Origin: Candidatus Eiseniibacteriota bacterium | GTDB taxonomy: Bacteria; Eisenbacteria; RBG-16-71-46 | Length of the DNA: 64,000 bases | Assembly: GCA_041483195.1 (NCBI GenBank) | Contig: JBGPFC010000009.1 | Coordinates: 1 to 64,000 of the forward strand | Direction: 5' to 3' | Part shown: positions 38,248 to 48,004 of the stretch, one piece after another | Layout of the letters: each line of letters opens with the position of its first letter | Position numbering within the stretch: the stretch's first letter is position 1 | Program-made: the position numbers and the translations under genes | The notes under the pieces: model-generated | What the model saw: only the letters and a program-made list of their open reading frames with translations | What the model was told of the DNA's origin: nothing | Database searches by the model: none

Positions 38248-40447
38248 CGTGCCCTCCCGTGAGAAAGCGCCCGAGGACCTTCTTCATGACGGTTCCGAAC
38301 CGCACCGTGAAGCGCGCGTCCACCCCGTCGCCCTCCGCGGCGAGCACCACGCCCCGCCCGAAGGTCTCGTGAAATACTTCGCGCCCCACGGCCCGATGCC
38401 GCGTGGCCGCGATCGGCGGCAGTCCCGGCACCGTCGCGCCCAGCTTCTCGCGCGCCTCCGATCCGCCGCCGTGCCACCCCTCGCGCCGCCCAATGCCGCG
38501 CGGCACCGCGGCGGCCGCGCGCGCCGGCGCTTCGTCGCGATCCAGCACCGCTTCGGGAATCTCGGCGACGAAGCGCGACACCTGCCCGCCGCGCGCGCCG
38601 TCGAACCGGCGCCGGAAGGCGGCGGCCGTCAGCAGCACTTCATCCCGGGCGCGCGTGAGTGCGACGTAGAAGAGGCGGCGTTCCTCCTCGAGGCCGGGGC
38701 CGTCTTCCGCCGAAGCCGCGTGCGGGAAGAGCCCTTCCTCGAGCCCCGCGACGATCACCACCGCAAATTCGAGGCCCTTCGCGTTGTGGGCGGTCAGCAG
38801 CAGCACCCGGTCCGCGCCGGCCGCGAGCCGGTCCATGTCGCTCACCAGCGCGACCTCGGTGAGGAACTCCTCGAGCGCCCCGCCCCGCGCCTCCCCGAAC
38901 GCCGTGGCGGCCGCGACCAGCTCCTCGACATTGGAACGGCGCTCGTCAGCTGCATCATCGCCATCGAGCGTCGCCAGGTATCCGGTCTGCTCGATGACGC
39001 GGCGCAGCACCCGGTCCGGAGACTGATCGAGCGCGCCCCGCACCTCGTCGATGCACGCGACGAACGCCGCGGCGCCGTTGCGCGCCGCGCGGGTGAGCCC
39101 CTCCGCGGCGGCCAGCGAGCGCAGCGCCTCGAGCGGGGAGGCGGAGTCGCGGGCCATCCGCTCCTCGACTCTCCCCCGCACACCCTCGCCCAGTCCCCGG
39201 CGTGGCGTGTTCCACACGCGCCAGAACGACACCGAGTCCGCCGGGTTCACCGCGAGCCGCAGGTAGGCGAGCAGATCCTTCACCTCACGGCGCTGGTAGA
39301 ACGATATCCCGCCCACGATCTCGTATGGCACCACGTGCTGGCGCAAGTCGGTCTCGAGCGCGCGCGACTGCGCGTTGGTACGGTACAGCACGGCGCAGTC
39401 GTCGAGCCGTCCGCCGCGTCTCACGCGCCCGAGCAGGAACTGCCGGATGCTTCGCGCCTCTTCGACCTCGTCGGGCGCCAGCACGAATCGCAGCCGGGCA
39501 CCGTCCTCGCGATCGCACCACAGCTGCTTGCCCCGGCGCATGCGATTGCGCGCGATCACCGCGTTCGCGGCCTTCAGGATGTTCCCGGAGGAGCGGTAGT
39601 TCTGCTCGAGCCGCACCACCGCGGCGCCCGGAAACGTCTCGCCGAAGTCGAGCACGTTGCGCAGGTCGGCGCCGCGCCAGCCGTATATCGACTGGTCGTC
39701 GTCGCCGACGACGAACAGGTTGCGGTGGAAGCGGGCGAGGGACTCGACCAGGCGGAACTGCGCGTGGTTCGTGTCCTGGTACTCGTCCACCAGCACGTGC
39801 TCGAAGCGCCGGCTGTAACGCTCGTGCACCTCCGGATGATCGCGAAACAACCGCACGGTCTCGGCGATCAGGTCGTCGAAGTCGAGCGCGCCGCTCGTGC
39901 GCAGGGCGCTCTGGTACAGTTCGTAGCACTCCGCGATGCGCCGCTCCGCCGGGTTCGCGGCCAGCCGGGTCATCTCCTCGGGCGAGACCAGCGCGTTCTT
40001 CGCGCCGGAGATGCGTGCGAGCACCGGCGCGACCTTTTCGTCGTCGGCCCCGTGCTCACGGCGCGCGAGGATCTCGCGCAGCAGGCTCTCCTGATCGTCA
40101 CGATCGTAGATCGCGAAACCGCGCGGGATTCCGAGCGAAGCCGCCTCGCGCCGCAGGATACGCACGGCGGTCGCGTGAAAAGTCCCCACCCACAGGCGAT
40201 CCGCCACCGCTCCAACCGCCTGTCCGATCCGGCCACGCATCTCGCGCGCCGCCCGGTTGGTGAACGTGAATGCGAGGACCGCTTCGGGAGCCACCCCGCG
40301 CTCGAGGAGGCGCGCGATCCGCGCCGTGAGCACGCGCGTCTTTCCGCTGCCGGCGCCAGCCACCACCAGCAACGGACCATCACCATGTTCGACCGCCGCG
40401 AGCTGGGCGGAGTTGAGATCGAATGCGGTTTCCAGGGCGACGCTCAT
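38231..40447 (-). CDS. pcrA: UvrD/PcrA-family DNA helicase
   Basis: AGAGSGKT, TFTNRAA, DEYQD, GDDDQSIY, LEQNYRS, AKGLEF, EERRLFYV and a C-terminal Tudor-like HETFGRG. Confidence 0.95.
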   Translation of the reverse strand: MSVALETAFDLNSAQLAAVEHGDGPLLVVAGAGSGKTRVLTARIARLLERGVAPEAVLAFTFTNRAAREMRGRIGQAVGAVADRLWVGTFHATAVRILRREAASLGIPRGFAIYDRDDQESLLREILARREHGADDEKVAPVLARISGAKNALVSPEEMTRLAANPAERRIAECYELYQSALRTSGALDFDDLIAETVRLFRDHPEVHERYSRRFEHVLVDEYQDTNHAQFRLVESLARFHRNLFVVGDDDQSIYGWRGADLRNVLDFGETFPGAAVVRLEQNYRSSGNILKAANAVIARNRMRRGKQLWCDREDGARLRFVLAPDEVEEARSIRQFLLGRVRRGGRLDDCAVLYRTNAQSRALETDLRQHVVPYEIVGGISFYQRREVKDLLAYLRLAVNPADSVSFWRVWNTPRRGLGEGVRGRVEERMARDSASPLEALRSLAAAEGLTRAARNGAAAFVACIDEVRGALDQSPDRVLRRVIEQTGYLATLDGDDAADERRSNVEELVAAATAFGEARGGALEEFLTEVALVSDMDRLAAGADRVLLLTAHNAKGLEFAVVIVAGLEEGLFPHAASAEDGPGLEEERRLFYVALTRARDEVLLTAAAFRRRFDGARGGQVSRFVAEIPEAVLDRDEAPARAAAAVPRGIGRREGWHGGGSEAREKLGATVPGLPPIAATRHRAVGREVFHETFGRGVVLAAEGDGVDARFTVRFGTVMKKVLGRFLTGGHDADQP

Positions 40448-40631
40448 GGGTTGGGGCGCGCGAATGACTCGACGGCCCAATCTAGCCGAAACCGCGCGCG
40501 GGGGTCCACCGGGAGAGGTTCCCGGCTCGATCCCCCGCGCGCGAATCAGCGGCCGCCGCGTGCCGGGCCCGGATCACGCGCCGGATCGCGCGACGTCACA
40601 CGCCTCCCGCGGGGAGGGCCCAGCCGGCGGA

Positions 40632-43600
40632 TCAGAACTCGGGGCCGATGCTGAAGTGCCAGCGCGGCCGGCTCGTGCCGTGCAAGTCCGTGTTCCACGC
40701 CGTGTCGAGCTTGAGGATGAAGAAATACACGGCGCTCCGCACCCCGACTCCGAATCCCAGCTTCGGGGTCTGGAGACGGCGCGTGCCCTCGACGACGTGC
40801 GAGAGCCGGAGATCATCGCCGGGATTCCAGACCGCGCCGGCGTCACCGAAGACCGCCCCACGCAGGTTGAAGATGCCGATCGGCACCGGACCCACCAGTC
40901 CCAGCTGCTGGATGAAGGGAAAGCGCAGTTCCGCGTTCACGATCGCGACGCGTGATCCACGCAGGTCGAAATCGCGGTATCCGCGCAGCGTCGTGGCGCC
41001 GCCCACCCGGAAGGTCTGCGGGGTGGTCCCGCCACTCGCCCCGGTCAGCACCCGACCGGCAAACGTGTAACCGCGCGTGAAATCCCAATAGCGGCGAGCG
41101 TCGAAGGTGATGGTCTGGTAGGCGAGGCCGTTCTCGAACACCGCGAACGATGGAGAGTAGCTGAGATTGTAGCGCTGGCCGTTCACCGGGCCGTAGTAGC
41201 CGAACAGCGCGTTGTCGCCGATCAGGGAAACCGAGGGCGATGTGACCGATCGATACTCGCTGCCGCTCCTGAAGAAATCTCCGAATGCGTCCTGATCGTA
41301 GAAGATGCGCTCGAGGAACATCTGGGTGAAGTTGAACTCGACCCGCCGGAAGCGGTCGAAGGGGTACGACGCCGAGAGCAGGGCGCCGTAGTTCTGTTCC
41401 GAGAAATCGCGAAGCGTGCCGAGCTGCTCCCCGAGTGTCGTGATGTCCGAGGAATAGTAGTTCTTGAAGTGGAACAAACCGGCGCCCAGATCCCAGCGGC
41501 GCGGCAGGTAGTTGTAGACCACCAGCGCGTTCAAGTCCTGGAGGGAGTTGCTGAACACGTCGGTGGAGATGAACAGGTTGTGGTTTCCGAGGAAGTCGCT
41601 GAGCACGAACTGCGAATTGCCGCCGAATCCGTATCCGCTGGCCGCGTAGAACCCCGCCCCGGCGTAGTCGGGCGAAAGCCGCCCGCGGTAGGGCGCGGGC
41701 GGTTGCCCCAGCACCGAATCGGGAACCGCGAATGGTCCCCCGCGCTCCACCAGCGGAATGGTGGCCACGATCGCCTGGACGCTGTCGGGTTGCGGACGAA
41801 GCTCGCGGATCTCGCCGCCCGCCCATGACGGCGGCTCCCCGGGTCGCGGCAACCCGGCGCGCAGGCTGTCGATCGCACCGCTGGCCTGCGCACGCGCGCC
41901 CGGGTCCTCGGTCATGGTCCGCACCGTGTCTTTCGCCATGCTCATGGTGTCCGGCCAGCTCGCCGCCAGCGCTCCACGGTTCGGCCCGAGTCGCAGGCTG
42001 TCGCCGACGGTGAGCCGCGCGGTCGCGGCGTCCATCACGGCCGTCGGCGCCTGACGCTGAAGCCGCGACAACACGCCGTCGACCGAGAGCGGCTCGCGGA
42101 CCGCGAACACGTCGAACCCGCCGCGGTCGAATGCCGAGAACACCAGCCGGTCGTTCTGGCGTGACCACGACAGGCTGGTGATACCCCCGGTGACGTCGGT
42201 GAGCTGCGTGAACGTCGAGTCGCGGCGATCGTAGAGGTAGATGTTGGGAGTCCCGTCACGGTCGGAGACCAGCGCCAGCTTGGTCCCGTCGGGCGCCCAC
42301 ACCGGCGATCGATCGTCGCCCCCGGTGTCGACCACCTTGGTGACCGCGCCGCTCACCAGGTCGAGATTGAAGATGCCGTACCCGCCGAATTGGCCGGTGC
42401 GCCGCACCGGCCTCAGCACCACCGGGGCGAGCCGATCCGAAGCGAACGTGATGCCCCTGCCGTCGGGGGTCCAGGTGGGCTCGATCTCGTCCCACGTGTC
42501 GTCGGTGAGCCGGGTCCGCGTGCCGTTCCGCGCGTCCACCATCCACAGATCGGACCGCCCGTTCATCACGCCGGCCACGACGATCGAGTCCGCGACCGGG
42601 GACCAGGCCGGATACGCGAGCGCGTCGCAACCCAGGTCGAAGCGCCGGAGGATGCGGCCGGTTTCGACCGACACGATGTACAGCACGTCGCGGCCCGCGC
42701 TCTTGGCGGTGAGCGCGAGGCGCTGCCCGTCGGGCGACCAGGTGATGGAGCTGCGGAACGACGGGATGCCTTCGAACTGCACGCTGCGTTCACCGCGAAT
42801 CACGCGGCGCTGCACTTTCCCGTCGTACGCCGACATGATGTACACATCGGTGTACTGGCGGCGGTCGGAGAAATAGGCGATGCGATCGCCCTGGGGCGAG
42901 ACCGAGGGAGTCGTGTTCAGGTTGCTCTCGTCACGGCGATGGTCGGTGAGACGCCTGGCGAATTCCTCGGGGTCGTTCTTGCGCGCGACGGTCGGCCAGT
43001 ACTGCTTGCGCAAGGCGGCCCGAAACTGTTGATCGAACTTGCCAGGCGACATCCCGATGGCCTTCTGGAACGCGCGGTCGAAGCTGCGCATCGAGCGGAT
43101 GCGCTGGAGCACGTCGCGCAGCCGATCCTCGCCGAAGCGCCGGACCAGGTAGTCGATCGCCGACTGCCCCTGTTTGTAGACCAGGTAACCGCCGCCGTAT
43201 TCGAGCGGCGGGAGGTACCCCGAGATGGTTCCGTCGCGCAACACCATCTCGGCGTTGGGCTCCATGCCGAGCGAGTAGTACTCGGCCGTGCCCTCGGCGA
43301 ACCACAACGGAAGCGAGAAGAAGCTCTGATGCGCGATCAGCGAGGCCGCCGACCCGCCGTACAGCAGGTCGAATGTGATCGCATGCACCAGCTCGTGCAC
43401 GACCACGTGACGCAGGTCCTCGTATGAGCCGGAGAACGGAAGCACGACGCGGTTGCGCAGCGCCTCGGTGAATCCGCCGGTGCTCGCGTCGATCAGCTCG
43501 GGCGTGACGTTGGTCTGGGCGAAGTCGTTGTGGGAGCCATAGAGGATGATGGGAACCCGCCGCCCGAGCGTATGCCCCATCCGCCTCGACAGCACCTCAT

Positions 43601-43814
43601 GCGTCTTCTCCGCGAGGTCGAGGACGCGCATCGCGAGGCTGTCGAGCCCCGTGTAGAAGTACACCTCGAAGTGGTCAGAGGTGATCGAGCGCCAGTCGTA
43701 CTGCCGGTATTGGACCTTGTTCTGCCCGAAGTACTGGGCCTGCGAGGCCCGGGGCGCGAGGCTCCCGATCAGCATCACGAGCGCGATCACGGGGATCGCG
43801 ACCGACTTCCGCAT
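40632..43814 (-). CDS. Exported fusion of a zinc peptidase-like domain, a PD40 beta-propeller and an Omp85 beta-barrel
   Basis: Signal peptide (SQA-QYFGQNKV), HELVH..WFAEGTAEY, repeated WSPDG-type motifs, GGATTLRGY, ELRFP and terminal Phe. GGAAAGGA SD. Confidence 0.88.
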   Translation of the reverse strand: MRKSVAIPVIALVMLIGSLAPRASQAQYFGQNKVQYRQYDWRSITSDHFEVYFYTGLDSLAMRVLDLAEKTHEVLSRRMGHTLGRRVPIILYGSHNDFAQTNVTPELIDASTGGFTEALRNRVVLPFSGSYEDLRHVVVHELVHAITFDLLYGGSAASLIAHQSFFSLPLWFAEGTAEYYSLGMEPNAEMVLRDGTISGYLPPLEYGGGYLVYKQGQSAIDYLVRRFGEDRLRDVLQRIRSMRSFDRAFQKAIGMSPGKFDQQFRAALRKQYWPTVARKNDPEEFARRLTDHRRDESNLNTTPSVSPQGDRIAYFSDRRQYTDVYIMSAYDGKVQRRVIRGERSVQFEGIPSFRSSITWSPDGQRLALTAKSAGRDVLYIVSVETGRILRRFDLGCDALAYPAWSPVADSIVVAGVMNGRSDLWMVDARNGTRTRLTDDTWDEIEPTWTPDGRGITFASDRLAPVVLRPVRRTGQFGGYGIFNLDLVSGAVTKVVDTGGDDRSPVWAPDGTKLALVSDRDGTPNIYLYDRRDSTFTQLTDVTGGITSLSWSRQNDRLVFSAFDRGGFDVFAVREPLSVDGVLSRLQRQAPTAVMDAATARLTVGDSLRLGPNRGALAASWPDTMSMAKDTVRTMTEDPGARAQASGAIDSLRAGLPRPGEPPSWAGGEIRELRPQPDSVQAIVATIPLVERGGPFAVPDSVLGQPPAPYRGRLSPDYAGAGFYAASGYGFGGNSQFVLSDFLGNHNLFISTDVFSNSLQDLNALVVYNYLPRRWDLGAGLFHFKNYYSSDITTLGEQLGTLRDFSEQNYGALLSASYPFDRFRRVEFNFTQMFLERIFYDQDAFGDFFRSGSEYRSVTSPSVSLIGDNALFGYYGPVNGQRYNLSYSPSFAVFENGLAYQTITFDARRYWDFTRGYTFAGRVLTGASGGTTPQTFRVGGATTLRGYRDFDLRGSRVAIVNAELRFPFIQQLGLVGPVPIGIFNLRGAVFGDAGAVWNPGDDLRLSHVVEGTRRLQTPKLGFGVGVRSAVYFFILKLDTAWNTDLHGTSRPRWHFSIGPEF

Positions 43815-43883
43815 GCGACGTTCCTTTCCGGTCCGGTCGTTGAGCTGGCGGCGGCCCTCGCCACCCCCAGTGTACACCGCTTC

Positions 43884-43909
43884 AGACGCGAATGATCCCG
43901 CGCGGTTGC
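43884..43909 (-). promoter_or_regulatory. Putative ECF-sigma promoter upstream of the Omp85 fusion gene
   Basis: GCAAC-N16-CGTCT. Confidence 0.4.
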
Positions 43910-43930
43910 GAATGACGTCGCGCTCGCCCG

Positions 43931-46900
43931 TCAGTACTCCCACCGCGCCTTGAGATTGACGTTGAAATCCGGCGTTCCGGCGGTGGTGGTCGTCTCGCCG
44001 CTCAGGAGCCGGCGCTGCGTGAGCTCGGTGGTGACGAAGAAGAAGCGGTTCAGCCGGTATTCAGCCTCGACGTCGCGCTCGAATGGCGTGGTGGGCGTCC
44101 CGCTCGCGGAGTATTCGCGATTGAAACCGGGAACGCGCTGCCGGTAACGCACCTGGAGATTGCGCGTCACCGGGATGCCGACGCCCATGATGACCTCCCC
44201 CTCGCCGCTCAGGAGCCCGCCGCGCTCGCGCTCCAGCACCCATTCGTTGATGTAGCCCTTGAACGCCCGCTGCAGCTCCGCGGAAACCGTGTTGTTGATG
44301 GCCCGGGTCAGGTAGTTGTCCAGCGGATCCTTGAGCCCCGCGACCGGCGCCTGGGGGTCGATGTTGAAGCGCCCGAGGGTGAGCTCACGCAGGATGCGTG
44401 GCTCGTCCCAGGTGTTGGGATCGCTGGCGAACTCCACCGCCGGCTCGTTGACCCGGCCGGTGATCTTGACCGTCACGTCATGCGGCACGTCCGCCGCTCC
44501 ACCGTTCTCGGTGCCGCCGGCGGTCGCGGGCACCACGCGCGTGACGGCCTGCGCGTCGATGGTGGGATTCACCCCGCTCACGTTATCGAACGTGAGGCTG
44601 GCGCTCTGCACGTTGAAGCGATTGCTCAGGAAGTAATAGGTGCCGCGCAACGACTGCATGTCGCCGTAGATCAGGAGCGAATCGGGAGTCTGCTCGAGGC
44701 TGAGATCCGCGCTGAACTCGATGTCGCCCTCGGGCGGCTGCCAGTGCAGGTTGCTGGTCGCGTTGAGCTGGATTCGATAGGTCCAGAACAGCGGCTGGGT
44801 GGTGGCCGCGATCTGCTGGGTCTCGGTCTGGTTCGTGAAGTCGAAGAGCACCACGGCGCGCTGCAGCTCCACGTCGCCCGTGACCTGGGGAAGGGTCGCG
44901 CCGTGGACGCGGGGACCGTTCGTCACCGTGAATTCCCCGTCGAATTCAGCGGCGTAGAGCCCCGACTCCACGGCCGTGAAATCGCGCAGCGTGAGATCGA
45001 ACCGATAGCCCTTGAGCGCCATCCCGTCGAGCTCGACGACCCCATGTCCGCCGACGTGGCCGTGCGCGCCCTGCCGGGCGGAGAGCGAGTCGAGCGTGAG
45101 GTGCGATTCGTCGAGTCGGAAGTCCGCGTAGACGCTCTCCAGCACCTCCTCACGGGTGGCGAGCCGGACGACGCCGTTTCGCACGCGCAGAAAGCCGTCG
45201 AGATCCGGATGATGGGCCGTGCCGCCAACCTTCGCGCTGAGATCGAAACGGCCCGAGGCCGCGCCGATCTGCGGCACGAACAGCGGCAGCACCGCGAGGT
45301 CGCCGCCCGGGATGTCGACGCGCCAGGCCATCTCGGCATCGGGCAGCTCGGGTTTCCCCCCCAGCGCGATGCGCAACGGCAGCTCGCCCGATGCGGTCGA
45401 GACCAGATTGCCGCGCGTCATGCGAATCTCTTCCACCTCGAGGCGCTCGTCCCGGAATGTCGCGCGCGCCGTGACGCGATCGGCGGAGTAGTCCCGCCAC
45501 GCGAGGGGGCGGCCCTCCGCGTTGACTCGAAGCTCCGGATGTTGCGGACTGCCTGCGATCTCGAGCGTCGCGTCGAGCTTCCCGCTCACCCCGGCCGCGG
45601 CCGGCGCGAACGCCCCTACGCGCTCGAGCGGAAATGCGCTCGCGCGCACTTCGCCCTGCCAGCGTGCCGCGCGCGAGAGCCAGTCGATCACGCCCGGCGC
45701 GGTGAGCGTGTCGGGCCAGAGCGCCGTCGAATCGTCCACGCGGCCACTCGCCTCGAGCGCGCCCGGACCGACCCGGAGCCGCAACGCGCGCACCTCCAGT
45801 CCCCGCGGCGCCCCCGCGAGGATCAGGCTCAGTGAGTCGGCGCGGTGGCCTCCCGACCCCGGGCCGGCGGCCGTCGCCTCGAAATCCCAATGGGGATCGC
45901 CGGAGTTTCCGATCACACGCATGTCGACGTGCGCGCGCCCTTCGAGCCCCAGATCCGCGGGCAGGCCCAGCCGCGCGAGATCGAGACTGTCCGCCGACGC
46001 CTTCCAGTCGTACGCCCCGCCCGGACCGGCCCAGCGTCCCGCGATCGCCAGCCGCGCCGCGCCGTCACGCGCGAACAGCCGATCGAACGTGACGCCGTGC
46101 GCGTCTCCCGAGAGCAGGAGCGGCGGCTCGGTCACCCAGTCGAATCGTGCGCTCTTCGCGTCGGCGCGATCGAGGGTCATGCTCCATCCCGAGGCGGCCC
46201 ATGCCGCGCGCCCGGCGACCGTGATCAACGTGTCGCCGGCGTGCCCCTCCAGCCGCGCGATGTCCGCCACCTGATCGCCGAGTCGAAGTTCCGCGGCCGC
46301 GCTGTCGAAATGGACCCCCAGGAACATGACGTCGCCCAGCACCGCCCGGGCGCCGAGATCGGGCGTCGGCAGCAGGCGGCCGCTCACGTCCGCGAGCTTC
46401 CATCGCCCCATGCGTGCGCCCAGCCAGTCCGTCCCGCTGCCCTCGAGCGAGCCGGTCACGTGCAGCTCGCCACCGCGTGATTCAACGGCGCCCTCGCCGC
46501 GGGCGAGCCTTCCGCGCAGTCCGCTGGCGCGGCCATCCGGCCATTCCTCGAGCGGGAGGTCGAGCAACGTGTATCGACCGCCCCAGCCGTGCGAACGCGA
46601 GACCCCATCCAGCGTCATCGCCCCACCGGCGCGACGCATCGCCACGCGAAACGTGTCCGGTCTGCCCTCCGGAAACTCCGCCACCACCCGCGCGCTGTCG
46701 GCGCGCCAGCCGCCGAGCACCGAGCTGCCGAGCCGCGCCTCGAGGCGCGCGTCCTTTCGCGCATCCACTCCGTACCGGAACCACCCCGCCAGCGATCCGG
46801 CCGGCCAGCCGGGAATCCCGATCGCGCCCCACCTCGCCGGGTCGGCGGCGCGCGCGTCGCCGCTCAGCTCCCATTTCTCGGATGAGTAATCGAATCGGCC

Positions 46901-48001
46901 CGTGAACGCGCCCGCCGCGGATTCGCAGATCAGCGGTTCCAGCGTCCACTTCCTGCCGTTCGTGACGAATGCGCCGTGAGCCGTAGCGGGAAGGCCGTTC
47001 CATTCGAGGTCCGTCACGAAGTCACCCTTCCACGCGTCGCGGCCGGCCGCGTCGGCGACGAAGCGGCCCTCCCCCGGCACGTCGAACGCGTGGTTCTGGA
47101 AGACCGTCGCGAGCCAGCGCCACCGCACCCGCGAGACATCGAGATGCACCACACGATGGGGGTCGCCCTTGATCCACGCGGCCCGCGCGTCGAGCGCGAG
47201 ATCGGTCGTGCGCAGGCCGCGGACCGCGAGCCGCACGCTGTCGCCCTCCGCGTACTCCGCCTCGAGGTGCTCGAGGCGGCTCCCCCATGGGCCCCGCCGC
47301 CAGCTCAGGCCGTGAACCACGGCCCGCAACGCTCCCCCGGTGGCGAGGGAAGCCTGGAGCTCGATCCCATCGATGCCATCGAGCGGCTTCGGCGCGCGAA
47401 ACGAGCCGTCATGGAGCACGAGGTGAACGTCGAAGCCGCGCGCGCGCTTCCCGGGCGCGGTCTCCCCCGCGGTCCAGCGCGGAAGCCGGAGCTTGCCGTC
47501 CGCGCCCATGGCGAACTGAACGACCGGGCGGTCGATCTCGATCTCGATGGGCCCGCGGCCCCGGATCAACCCGATCGCGGAGTAGCCGATTCGCATCGAG
47601 GGTGCCGTCAGCAGCGGCGGAGCATTGCCGCCGCGGAACCTCAGGCGAGGCTCGAGGATCCGGATTCCGGTCAGCGGATTGCCCTTGATGTCGTGAATCT
47701 CGAGCACGAGATCGGAGTGCCGCGCGAGCGTCTGGTTGACGAAGAGCGTGAGCTCCTTCGCCACCCACTCGGTGCGATTGACCAGGTAGAGCGCCGCGCT
47801 CGCGACCGCGATCACGACCAGCGCGGCCAACGACAGCACGATCAGCCAGAAGAGTTTCGCGACGGTCCATCGCACCGGGCGCGGGACGTGCTCGACCGCT
47901 TCCTCGATCTCCTCCTTGAGCTCTTCGACCAGACCATGATGAGGGACCCCGGGATCGGGACCGCCCGGCGGCGGAGCATCGGGATCGTGGAGGTCGGTCA
48001 T
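43931..48001 (-). CDS. tamB: TamB/AsmA-family translocation and assembly protein
   Basis: 1356 aa, single N-terminal TM, beta-strand-rich Gly/Leu repeats, DUF490-like C-terminus ending ARWEY; directly follows the Omp85 gene. Confidence 0.85.
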   Translation of the reverse strand: MTDLHDPDAPPPGGPDPGVPHHGLVEELKEEIEEAVEHVPRPVRWTVAKLFWLIVLSLAALVVIAVASAALYLVNRTEWVAKELTLFVNQTLARHSDLVLEIHDIKGNPLTGIRILEPRLRFRGGNAPPLLTAPSMRIGYSAIGLIRGRGPIEIEIDRPVVQFAMGADGKLRLPRWTAGETAPGKRARGFDVHLVLHDGSFRAPKPLDGIDGIELQASLATGGALRAVVHGLSWRRGPWGSRLEHLEAEYAEGDSVRLAVRGLRTTDLALDARAAWIKGDPHRVVHLDVSRVRWRWLATVFQNHAFDVPGEGRFVADAAGRDAWKGDFVTDLEWNGLPATAHGAFVTNGRKWTLEPLICESAAGAFTGRFDYSSEKWELSGDARAADPARWGAIGIPGWPAGSLAGWFRYGVDARKDARLEARLGSSVLGGWRADSARVVAEFPEGRPDTFRVAMRRAGGAMTLDGVSRSHGWGGRYTLLDLPLEEWPDGRASGLRGRLARGEGAVESRGGELHVTGSLEGSGTDWLGARMGRWKLADVSGRLLPTPDLGARAVLGDVMFLGVHFDSAAAELRLGDQVADIARLEGHAGDTLITVAGRAAWAASGWSMTLDRADAKSARFDWVTEPPLLLSGDAHGVTFDRLFARDGAARLAIAGRWAGPGGAYDWKASADSLDLARLGLPADLGLEGRAHVDMRVIGNSGDPHWDFEATAAGPGSGGHRADSLSLILAGAPRGLEVRALRLRVGPGALEASGRVDDSTALWPDTLTAPGVIDWLSRAARWQGEVRASAFPLERVGAFAPAAAGVSGKLDATLEIAGSPQHPELRVNAEGRPLAWRDYSADRVTARATFRDERLEVEEIRMTRGNLVSTASGELPLRIALGGKPELPDAEMAWRVDIPGGDLAVLPLFVPQIGAASGRFDLSAKVGGTAHHPDLDGFLRVRNGVVRLATREEVLESVYADFRLDESHLTLDSLSARQGAHGHVGGHGVVELDGMALKGYRFDLTLRDFTAVESGLYAAEFDGEFTVTNGPRVHGATLPQVTGDVELQRAVVLFDFTNQTETQQIAATTQPLFWTYRIQLNATSNLHWQPPEGDIEFSADLSLEQTPDSLLIYGDMQSLRGTYYFLSNRFNVQSASLTFDNVSGVNPTIDAQAVTRVVPATAGGTENGGAADVPHDVTVKITGRVNEPAVEFASDPNTWDEPRILRELTLGRFNIDPQAPVAGLKDPLDNYLTRAINNTVSAELQRAFKGYINEWVLERERGGLLSGEGEVIMGVGIPVTRNLQVRYRQRVPGFNREYSASGTPTTPFERDVEAEYRLNRFFFVTTELTQRRLLSGETTTTAGTPDFNVNLKARWEY

Positions 48002-48004
48002 GGC

